Below, one piece after another: positions 14,952 through 23,500 of a stretch of 28,023 nucleotides of DNA. Made by a program: the position numbers and the translations under genes. The DNA is from an uncultured Verrucomicrobiota bacterium (lineage in GTDB: Bacteria; Verrucomicrobiota; Kiritimatiellia; CAIQIC01; Lenti-01): contig CAYODC010000005.1 of assembly GCA_964402575.1 (NCBI GenBank), forward strand, positions 1 to 28,023, read 5' to 3'. The notes under the pieces were generated by a model, which made no database searches, had not been told where the DNA came from, and saw nothing but the letters and a program-made list of their open reading frames with translations. How positions within the stretch are numbered: position 1 is the stretch's first letter; every line of letters starts with the position of its first letter.

Positions 14952-15497
14952 CTAGTCGAACTTGATCCGCAGGTTGTCCCCTTCACGAATCAATGCGAAG
15001 CCGTCACGGCAGGAGCGGTGTTTTCGCTCCGAATCGGTCGAGGCGGACAGGATCACGGCCAGATCGTACCGCGCATGGGTCTCATCCTTGCCATTGGCCT
15101 TGCTGAAAGCGCGAATGAGATCGGGCTTCCCGATGCCCTTGGAGCCTGCCGAGGCAATCAAATCCACCAGCAAACCATACGAACTTCCCTCCCTGAAAGG
15201 ATTCTTGGGGTGACGGGCGACAGTGGACTTCCTGGGGCTCTTTGCGGTCTTTTTGACAGCCTTCTGAGCCCGTTTTTCCTTCGGCGTCGCCACCAATCGT
15301 TCGGACTTCGCCGTCCCCGCCTTGTTCCCAGCCAGGATGGCCTCGATGCCAGGTACGGTCTCCCGCAGCTTCTTGGCCGTCGAACCCGACAACTTGTTTC
15401 CACCCCCAAGCAACCGATAGACTTCGGTGAGCGACTTGGGCGATTTGGATTCCAGAATCTCGACAATCTTCTCTTTCGACACTTCCATTGTAGACAT
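14952..15497 (-). CDS. Hypothetical basic protein (181 aa from ATG 15497), possibly DNA-binding
   Basis: AAGGAGG SD before ATG 15497. Two compact regions joined by a Lys-rich linker (KEKRAQKAVKKTAKSPRKS). Confidence 0.75.
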   Translation of the reverse strand: MSTMEVSKEKIVEILESKSPKSLTEVYRLLGGGNKLSGSTAKKLRETVPGIEAILAGNKAGTAKSERLVATPKEKRAQKAVKKTAKSPRKSTVARHPKNPFREGSSYGLLVDLIASAGSKGIGKPDLIRAFSKANGKDETHARYDLAVILSASTDSERKHRSCRDGFALIREGDNLRIKFD

Positions 15498-15677
15498 GAC
15501 AACCTCCTTGATGGTTGGTTGTGTCATATCGTGGAAGTGCAGTTCTGTAAGCTGCCTATTTTCGTGATTTCGCCACATTTTTCTGTGGAGTGAAAAACAG
15601 ACCTTCAGCCAGTCCAACCCACGCCTGGGCGATCTCCCAGATCGATTTTCCTGATGTTCAATAGGCGGATACTACGC

Positions 15678-15875
15678 CTATGGCTTCACTGTTCCCATGG
15701 CATCCGCCTCGATGGCCTTCAGCAAGAATTTTGTATCTTGAAGCACGGACTTGGTTCGCCATATGACGTCGAGAAGAGCGAGGCGTTCGACGGCATTTGC
15801 TTTGTCTAGGGACGCTTTGAGGCTATCGCAAGCGAAGCCAAGGTCGTGGCTCGCCTTTGTCAGGGATTCTTTCAT
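15678..15875 (-). CDS. Small helical hypothetical protein (65 aa)
   Basis: ATGA overlap with the stop of the XRE-fusion gene (15872-15875). Confidence 0.65.
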   Translation of the reverse strand: MKESLTKASHDLGFACDSLKASLDKANAVERLALLDVIWRTKSVLQDTKFLLKAIEADAMGTVKP

Positions 15876-16342
15876 ATTTTTTCCTGTTTCGGACGCCGTT
15901 TTGTCGGAGGAGTGGATTTCTGGTCGGCAACAGAGGCTTTAGACGGCCTGGATAATGCAAGGTTCCTTCTGTCCATGAGCCTTCTGGCCTTCTGCCACCA
16001 GTGCCTGACTTCTTCCAGATTGATGCCCAGATTGTCGGCCTGGGCCTCGATTCCGCTGATGATGTCTTCCAATTGAGCGAGGATTTTCCAGGCCTCAAGG
16101 TCTTCAGGCAGAGTTTCCCTGGGTGGAGTGGCATAGAGGTTTTCGACGGAGACTTTCAAAACCTGGGAAAACCCCATGATCTCATGGTCGAAGACTTTTC
16201 TCGTCCCCAGTTCGATCCCGGCGATCTCTTCACTGGTCAGGGGAGACGATGGAGGCAGGGCTGAAGATAGTTGATGTACCGTCAACCCTTTCTGGATGCG
16301 TATACGGCGAATTTGCCAACCTAGGATGTTCTTCAATGCCAT
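15872..16342 (-). CDS. XRE-family HTH regulator with an extra C-terminal helical domain (156 aa)
   Basis: NILGWQIRRIRIQKGLTVHQLS...EIAGIELGTRKVFDHEI...VLKVSVENL is an HTH_3-type pattern, followed by EDLEAWKILAQLEDIISGIE helices. Confidence 0.85.
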   Translation of the reverse strand: MALKNILGWQIRRIRIQKGLTVHQLSSALPPSSPLTSEEIAGIELGTRKVFDHEIMGFSQVLKVSVENLYATPPRETLPEDLEAWKILAQLEDIISGIEAQADNLGINLEEVRHWWQKARRLMDRRNLALSRPSKASVADQKSTPPTKRRPKQEKI

Positions 16343-16391
16343 GCCTGCTGTCTAGGCGACTTGTGGAAGCGAAGCCAGCGGGATTTTCAGG

Positions 16392-16634
16392 CTATTTCTG
16401 CTTACCCTTGGGAAACAGGTCGGAGACTCCGACGCCTAGGGCCTGGGCTAGGAGAAGTGCTTCCCCATCAGAAACGCAACGGATGCCAGCCTCGATCTTG
16501 GCCAGCGTTCCCCTGCTGATATCCAGGCCGACTCTTTGGCATTTGGCAGAGAGTTGATCCTGCGAAAGGCCGAGTTGATTCCTCAATCGGCTGACCTGTT
16601 TTCCTGTGACGTTCGTGGGCAAGCATTGCTCCAT
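16392..16634 (-). CDS. XRE-family HTH regulator (80 aa)
   Basis: NVTGKQVSRLRNQLGLSQDQLSAKCQRVGLDISRGTLAKIEAGIRCVSDGE...ALGVGVSDLF. Confidence 0.92.
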   Translation of the reverse strand: MEQCLPTNVTGKQVSRLRNQLGLSQDQLSAKCQRVGLDISRGTLAKIEAGIRCVSDGEALLLAQALGVGVSDLFPKGKQK

Positions 16635-16672
16635 TTCCGGAACTTGACTTTAGAGCACTACTGGAATTGAAT

Positions 16673-16690
16673 TGCTCCGTTATTGGAGCA
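16673..16690. promoter_or_regulatory. Candidate operator TGCTCC-N6-GGAGCA in the divergent promoter region
   Basis: Dyad in the 112-bp gap where gene orientation switches; TTGACT hexamer nearby. Confidence 0.3.
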
Positions 16691-16746
16691 TCTTGCGAAG
16701 GCTGGAAATACATCGGCGAGGACAAGGAATTCCAAGAAGGAAGAAC

Positions 16747-17181
16747 ATGACCCAAGGCATCCCGGCTTCTGCCATCTGGCCATCCCTGCGCCTTTTCCTG
16801 CTGACCCTGTTGGTGTCGGGACAGATTCATTCCTATGGGCAGTCCGACTCATCTTGGCAAAGAGATGCAGGAGCCGTCGCCCGTAGCCACGTCAGCGGAA
16901 TGATCAACTCCGGGGCGGGAATCAGAGCCTCTCTCGTAGGCTACCAAAGGGGATTGGGCGTCCCGCTTATCGCCATCTACAACTACGAGGGGTACACGAC
17001 CGGGGGATTCCTAAAGCGAACGATGCTATCGGTGGCCATGCAACGCGACCAGCAAGGCAACTGGCATGTCGTGGCCGCCGAGGAAGGCGGGGTTTTCGAG
17101 GGGCTACCCTTGCGAAGCGACTGGCGACAGGTCGCCCAAGACGGCGGGCGGGCCAGAGAAGTCCAGAGACGCGGTTATTGA
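16747..17181 (+). CDS. Putative secreted protein (144 aa)
   Basis: AAGGA SD before ATG 16747. Hydrophobic signal-like stretch LRLFLLTLLVSGQIHSYG. Stop 13 bp before the next gene. Confidence 0.7.
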   Translation: MTQGIPASAIWPSLRLFLLTLLVSGQIHSYGQSDSSWQRDAGAVARSHVSGMINSGAGIRASLVGYQRGLGVPLIAIYNYEGYTTGGFLKRTMLSVAMQRDQQGNWHVVAAEEGGVFEGLPLRSDWRQVAQDGGRAREVQRRGY

Positions 17182-17194
17182 GGAGTATTCGCAG

Positions 17195-19870
17195 ATGAAC
17201 TTCAAATGTCGGGTCGGCCAAGCTCATCGGATCGGATTTCAATGTCTCATGGCGGGATCGCTCATTCCCGTCTTCTTCACCGGATGTTCCGACAGCCGAA
17301 AGGAAGCCGAGGTTGCCTCATCCTCTGTCGTTGCCACAACCCCTTCGGTTGCCACGTTGTCTGCCAAGACGCTTACCGACGCCTTCGCCTTGAACGAAAA
17401 TTCAGCAAATCAGACATACAAGGGCAATGTCATCACCGTATATGGGCCAGTTCAGGAAAAGCATGACGAAGGCGACAAGGCCTTGGTGGTTTTGACGGGT
17501 GGGATTAACCAAGAGGTTTTCTGCACCGTTTCTCCTCGGCTTTCGGGAGATGCAGACGATCTTGAGGTTGGAAGAACGGCTATCATCAAGGGTAAATGCC
17601 TTGGAATCGTCCAGGGAAACCTCTCGCTAGACAAGTGCGTCATCGAGGATCGACTGAGGGAACTGAAGGCCAAGGCAAAGTCGGGGGATTCGACCGCCCA
17701 ATTCGACCTTGCCAAGGCCCTTGAGACGCCTGCCAAGGAAATTCGCGACATTCGGCGGGCGTTCCATCTCTACTGTCAAGCTGCGGAGGCAGGCCACGAA
17801 GATGCCAAATGGACGGTTACGAGGGCCTTGGCGAACGCATGGAGTCCCGAAACCAATGCCCCTGTTATCTGGCAATGGCTCAAGGAGGAGGCGGAGACCG
17901 GCAATGCGGAAGCCTGCTATCTGATGGGAATACTCTTCAACGTGAACGAAGACTTCGGCATCGATCCCAAAGCGGGAGTCCCTTGGTTCAAAAAGGCTTC
18001 GGATGGCGGTCATCAGGAAGCCACATACACCATGGCCGTGCTCAACTACGAAGGTGAACTGGTCCCAACCAACAAGGCCGAGTCAGCACGCCTCCTCTCT
18101 CTCGTCGATCCCCAGCGTCAACCGAGGGCAGCGGAGTCTCTTGGCCTAATGCGCTTGCTGGGTGATGGCATTGAGGCAGATGTTCCCAACGGTCTGTCAC
18201 TCCTTGAAACGGCGGTCGCATACGGGAGAGCCCAATCCGCTTCCACCCTTGGGCGCATCTATCTGTACGGCGTGGCGGTGCCAAAGGACCGAGAGAAAGC
18301 CCGCGAATGGTTTCTCAAGGCGGCGGAAATGGGAGATGCCTATGGGCAGGTCAAGGCCGGGCTCCTGCTGGGCGGAAAGGACTCGGCCCGCTTCGAGCGG
18401 AGCCGGAACTTGGTTTTCGCAGCCCTGAGCAACGACCAGCAAGTTGCATATACGGAAATCGTTTCCTTCATGACGGATGAAGTGACCGGCATGCTGGAGA
18501 CCGACAATCCTCCCCTGGCTCCCCAGGATTCGATGTGGTTCCGCAAGATCAATGGCACGCTGGGTGGGGGCAAGTTCATCGGCCTCAACGAAGGGGTTCT
18601 GGATTTGATGTCGGACACCAACCGCATCGCAGTCCCCCTTGCGGATCTCGACGTGGCCGGGCGAACCCGATACGACCCCGAGTTCCGTAGCCTTCTGGCC
18701 CGCTCCATCATCACGGAAAACGTATATGCCATGACGGCGGAATTCAAGCAGCCCAAACCCAAGCCCTCGACAAACGACTGGACGGAGGCTTTGAGAACAT
18801 TGGCAGACGATGGGGAACCAGACGCCATGGCATGGCTGGGAAACAGCCTGCTGGAAGACCCGAAGACCAGGGAGGAAGGCATTGGCTGGCTGAAGAAGTC
18901 TGCCGAGGCGGGATCTGCCTATGGGCAGAACGCCATGGGGATGGTCTGCCTAAGCGGCATCGGCCAATCCGTGGACAAGGAAACGGCATTCCGCATGTTC
19001 AAGCTGGCGTCGGAACAAGGCTATTCAGAATCGACTTTCACCGTCGGACGGATGCTCATGGCAGGGGCGGGTTGCGAAAAGGACTCGAATGGCGGGCTTG
19101 GCCTCATCAGGCAGGCGGCAAACGAAGGAGAGATTCCTGCAATCTTGTTTTTGGGACGCTACTTCTATGGAGACCGGCGGGGCTCTCGCGATGCCGCTCA
19201 AGCCTTTGCATGGTTCCGTTGGGGAGCCGTCATGGGAAGCCCGGAAGCCCAATACTGGCTGGGACGGATGTATTACGAGGGAAGAGGACTGCCCAAGGAC
19301 TACAACCGGGCGATCCAATGGCTGTCTTCATCTTCCGGTCAAGACTATCAACCCGCTAGCCATTACCTTGAAAGCGATTCCGCCAACCGTCAGGAAATGG
19401 CCAGGGCCAAGGCCGCCTACCAGCAAGAACTGGAGAGACACGCGGACCAAGTGGAGCGAATCCGACAAAACCCCAAGTACGATCTGGTCAATTACCTTTC
19501 AGGTGCCCCGCGAAGATTTTCCAAATCAAGCACGGAAAGGGAGGCTTATAGCCAGTTCCATAAGAACCTCTCGCAAGGATACTCTTTACGCGCGGCCGCC
19601 TCCAAGGCATGGGAAGATGTCGGCGTCGCGCCTCGCGCTTCGCCTCGCGCATCGTCGCAGTCTAGTTCTGGTTCGATCTTTGGAGGCGCGACCGATCCGA
19701 GAGATCGGCTGGCGATAGCAAAGGCAACGCAGAACATGCTTGGAAATCGGTTTTCAACGATAGGCAGTCCATTTGACGGCTGGTCTTCCCTTCCTACCTA
19801 TTGGTCCGATGAGCAAACTTGGCGCGACAGACAGCTAGAGGCCATCCAGGGAAGCACGATGGGATTCTAG
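17195..19870 (+). CDS. Lipoprotein with tRNA_anti-like OB fold, Sel1-like repeats and an SHD1-like domain (891 aa)
   Basis: GAGGAG SD; lipobox-like FTGC; SAKTLTDAF...YKGNVITVYG...GRTAIIKGKC (tRNA_anti-like); many Sel1 repeats (AQFDLA, ACYLMG, AREWFLKAAEMG, AQYWLGRMYYEGRG, AIQWL); WFRKING...KFIGLNEGVL...IAVPLADLD (SHD1-like). Confidence 0.9.
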   Translation: MNFKCRVGQAHRIGFQCLMAGSLIPVFFTGCSDSRKEAEVASSSVVATTPSVATLSAKTLTDAFALNENSANQTYKGNVITVYGPVQEKHDEGDKALVVLTGGINQEVFCTVSPRLSGDADDLEVGRTAIIKGKCLGIVQGNLSLDKCVIEDRLRELKAKAKSGDSTAQFDLAKALETPAKEIRDIRRAFHLYCQAAEAGHEDAKWTVTRALANAWSPETNAPVIWQWLKEEAETGNAEACYLMGILFNVNEDFGIDPKAGVPWFKKASDGGHQEATYTMAVLNYEGELVPTNKAESARLLSLVDPQRQPRAAESLGLMRLLGDGIEADVPNGLSLLETAVAYGRAQSASTLGRIYLYGVAVPKDREKAREWFLKAAEMGDAYGQVKAGLLLGGKDSARFERSRNLVFAALSNDQQVAYTEIVSFMTDEVTGMLETDNPPLAPQDSMWFRKINGTLGGGKFIGLNEGVLDLMSDTNRIAVPLADLDVAGRTRYDPEFRSLLARSIITENVYAMTAEFKQPKPKPSTNDWTEALRTLADDGEPDAMAWLGNSLLEDPKTREEGIGWLKKSAEAGSAYGQNAMGMVCLSGIGQSVDKETAFRMFKLASEQGYSESTFTVGRMLMAGAGCEKDSNGGLGLIRQAANEGEIPAILFLGRYFYGDRRGSRDAAQAFAWFRWGAVMGSPEAQYWLGRMYYEGRGLPKDYNRAIQWLSSSSGQDYQPASHYLESDSANRQEMARAKAAYQQELERHADQVERIRQNPKYDLVNYLSGAPRRFSKSSTEREAYSQFHKNLSQGYSLRAAASKAWEDVGVAPRASPRASSQSSSGSIFGGATDPRDRLAIAKATQNMLGNRFSTIGSPFDGWSSLPTYWSDEQTWRDRQLEAIQGSTMGF

Positions 19871-19938
19871 CTCGAACGACACCCAATGCCTTAACTAATG
19901 AAACGCAGTAATCCGCAATAATTCAGGAGGATAAATCC

Positions 19939-20289
19939 ATGCTATGCCTTAACTGTGGTCGACAGGTCGAGTTTGTCGGCAAGGTCTGCCCCTGGTGCGG
20001 AGCCCAGAAAGTCCAATCCCAGAATTTACAAATTACAGCACTGTTCTGGGGGCTTTTAGGGACTTTCCTTGGTGCCGGAGTTGGCTGGGAATTCAACAGC
20101 GTCGTTGGCGCGGTCATCGGCGGGATAATCGGAATGGTCGGGGGCACCGCCCTTGGGATTGCCAGGGCTTCCGCCCCAATGAACCAGAACGTAAAATGTC
20201 CCCTTTGCGGAACCGACCTGGTGGTGGATCGGGCGAAGGGGCCGAACTACAATTGCCCAAAATGCGGGGGCCTGTTTCATCTTCAGTGA
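19939..20289 (+). CDS. Double zinc-ribbon membrane protein (116 aa)
   Basis: CLNC/CPWC and CPLC/CPKC pairs flank two Gly-rich hydrophobic segments. AGGAGG SD. Confidence 0.85.
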   Translation: MLCLNCGRQVEFVGKVCPWCGAQKVQSQNLQITALFWGLLGTFLGAGVGWEFNSVVGAVIGGIIGMVGGTALGIARASAPMNQNVKCPLCGTDLVVDRAKGPNYNCPKCGGLFHLQ

Positions 20290-20506
20290 GAGATAGAAAT
20301 GCGATGGATGGTTGACGCGAACAACCTATGTCCGGCGAGATTCTGGCCGGGAATATATAATCCGCCCGCCAAACAGGGATGAACACAAGACGCCATCTAT
20401 CAGACCATCTATTAGCCTTGGCCTTGCATGGGAAGTGTGCTACAGAATGCATCGCGGGACGAATGTATGAGACGAGTTGGCAAGAGAAAACATTAGGGAA
20501 GCAAGA

Positions 20507-23500
20507 ATGAATGCAATTCGCAAAGGCGTGTTGGTCGCACTGCTAACAATAACGATCCTGCCGGTGGCGGCTCTGGCGCAGTTGAACACTCTGGATTCCT
20601 TGGTGACGCACTATCTGGAGCAGAGGCCCGAAATGGCTCCGCTCATTCCGCCGCTCCAGCCCGCCGTTCTCAAGACCATCGAGACCATGATTCGCAAGAG
20701 CGATTACAGCTTTCAGGATTGGGAAGACTGGTATGCCGGTTGGGGAGAAAGCTCCTGGTCGGCTGAAGGCGAACTGGCGGACTATAGCGGACAAACACTG
20801 TTGGTGTACGAGGACCTTTCCGAGGCCGCCATCCAGATCGTGACATCGGATGGAAAACTGGTTGCCACATACGAAAGCGAGCCCTTCCCGAACTTTTCAA
20901 CCCTCACCAGGACGGCGGCCGACAATGCATTTCTGGAAGAACTGAATCTCCGCTCCATCATGTTCTGGGTTTCGATTGAAAACGAGTCTGTTGCCTCTGC
21001 GCGTGCCGCCGCGGCGTCGTCTGCTGTTCTGAGCGGTTCAGGCGGGATGGCCATGATGAGCATGGGCGGAAGCAACAATTTTGAAGTCATCGAGATCGGT
21101 CAGACGAATACCGGCATGGCCGTGACATTTGCTTGGCCTGCGACGTTCACAAACCGGGTCAATATTTATAGCTTCGACGGCGGAGAGTTCACGGGGCGGG
21201 TTTCCTGGACCCTCGCCGATGTTGGCTATGTCACGGCGGGAACGAATCAACTGCGCTGGATCGATTCAGGTCAGCTTGGTCGTGCCCTACCCGGCGAAAC
21301 GGGCGTACGGTTCTATGCCGCCGGAGCCGGGGCAGAAGTGGACGCCGATGGCGATGGCTACGGCGATTCTTACGAATATCTTGTGTTGCATACCTCCACC
21401 AACGATCCTGATACCGACAACGATTTGGTCAGCGACGGCCCGTTTGACCCGGACAATGCCGGTTCCATCGTTTCCGGCCCCGACGCTTTCCCGTTTGATC
21501 CCAACGAATGGCTGGATACCGATGGCGACGGCATCGGCGACAATTCTGACCCGGACATCGACGGCGATGGCATCCCGAACGGTTCGGACCCGGAACCACT
21601 GACGGCCGGTATCATCGCGCCGTTCAAGGTCTGTTCCGTGATTTCGACCAATCCACCCGGAAGCGATGCTGGCGATGAGCAATTTGATATTTCAAGTGCA
21701 GGGCGGATGTTGCCTTATGCGTCAGGTGGCAACGCCATTAGCGGGTTTGGACGCATTCATGGAGGCATCTATCTCAACCACGATGGAACCAATCTGTATA
21801 TCGGCGTGGCTGGCTACTCGAAGCAGGCTGCGGAAGACGGCGATGATGCTCTTCTGATCGTGCTGGACACGAAAAGCGGAGGCGTCAGCGGCTTGAATGC
21901 CATCAGTTCCGGCCCCAAAGGCCTTCGTATTTGCGACAATCTGCTTTTCCAGGCTGGGACATTCGAGCCTGATGTGGGCATTCTCGTGGGAAATCGGAAC
22001 AGCGATGGACGGAATGAACTAACGGCGCAAATCGGTGGCAAGGAATATGGCCAGGGGGTCTATGTTCTTGCGGGCAATGTCGCCACCAATATGACGCCTG
22101 CATTCACGGAAAGCGGACCCTCGCCGATCTCGCAGTGGGGCGATACACCCTACAGCACCATTCTCGCGAACGCCGGGATTGAAATAGCCATTCCGCTGAG
22201 CAATCTGCTAGATAGTGCTTGGTCGCCTGCCACCACCACGGCGATCTATGCCGCTGCGATCGTGTTAGGCGGCGACAATGACACCCAGCGTTGGCTATCC
22301 AGCGAAGCCTACGGAGCAAGCGTCAGCGGTAGCTTTGGCAACAACAATACGACTCTCCTGGGAACCCGCGTATATTTGTCTCCAATCCCAGCCCCGGAAC
22401 CAAGCACCACACCGCTTTTCGACGACGGCGAGGTGATGATTCAGTCCTTTGGCTGGGATGTTCCCAGGCCGGTGACAACCCATTTCAACACCATGAGCGT
22501 GGTGGGGTCCTTCAATAGTTGGAATCCAGCCGTCAACAACATGACCCCTATTGGCGACGACACCTGGGAATACATCCACGTCTTCACCAATGCCTCCAGC
22601 GTGGCTTTCAAGTTTGCGGCAAATGGAGTTTGGTCTAATCAATGGGGTGAGAATAACCAAAGCGATTTCATATTGCCCATCAACGGCTCCTATGCCGAAT
22701 ACAACGTGGGCAACATAGTCATTTCCAATACGCTCAACGGCTCGGTCCGGTTCCGATTCAACAATGGCAGTCAGATCTATTCGGTCGAAGCCGTCACAAA
22801 CGGCACCCCCACCACGCTTCTGTCTGGCTATTCCGATATGTACTGGTATGCGCGTCTTCAACAGGAGGTGGAGAGCAACCTTTACGCCAGGTTCGACCGG
22901 GTCTGGATGAATCCACCTCAGAAGGGCCGAAGTGGAAAATACAGCGTGGGCTATGACGTATTCGACCCTTACGATTTGGGAAGCTACAACCAGAAAGGCA
23001 CGGTTCCCACACGCTATGGGACAGAAGATCAGCTTGATGCCTGCTATCAGGCGTTTGCACAGAAGGGAATCGATTGCATCGTCGATACCGTGCTTAATCA
23101 TATGAACAATAGCGAGGTCTCCAACCGCTACGACTACGTCTACAGCCATCGGACCTTCGAGAAGCGAAACATCGGCTCCGGCGACACTAACGGCTTTTTC
23201 AACGTCGACTACACCGATTTTCCTTTCCGGTATGATTTCGGATTCGGTCTGCCGGAAGGCGTAGATGCGTGGGATGCCTATCCCGACGCCCATTCGGCGG
23301 ATGTGAACGAGCGCAGTCCTTATATGCGTAGCGGTATGAAGAACAACGGCAACTGGCTGCAGGCGAAGCTGGGTGCCCACGGATGCCGTTTCGACTACAC
23401 CCAAGGCATGGGTCCCGACTTCTTTGCCGAATACATGCGCTCTGGTCTGATGCGCGACCGGTTTGCCGTCGGGGAATACTGGACGGACAATGAATACGCT

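Larger units (their letters stand above)
112..16634 (-). mobile_element. Core of an integrative element/genomic island (integration, replication, recombination and regulation genes); cargo probably extends to at least 27285; ends not defined
   Basis: Coupled excisionase-integrase, primase-helicase, RHH protein, second tyrosine recombinase, MTases and XRE regulators, nearly all co-oriented with several ATGA/TAATG overlaps. No matching att direct repeat was found by eye. Confidence 0.8.

Noticed and set aside
19629-19652. 12-bp tandem near-repeat GCCTCGCGC(T/A)TC
   Set aside because: Only two copies, encoding a low-complexity PRAS linker.
19886-19953. ATGCCTTAACT seen twice around the zinc-ribbon gene start
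   Set aside because: One copy is coding sequence; no supporting structure.
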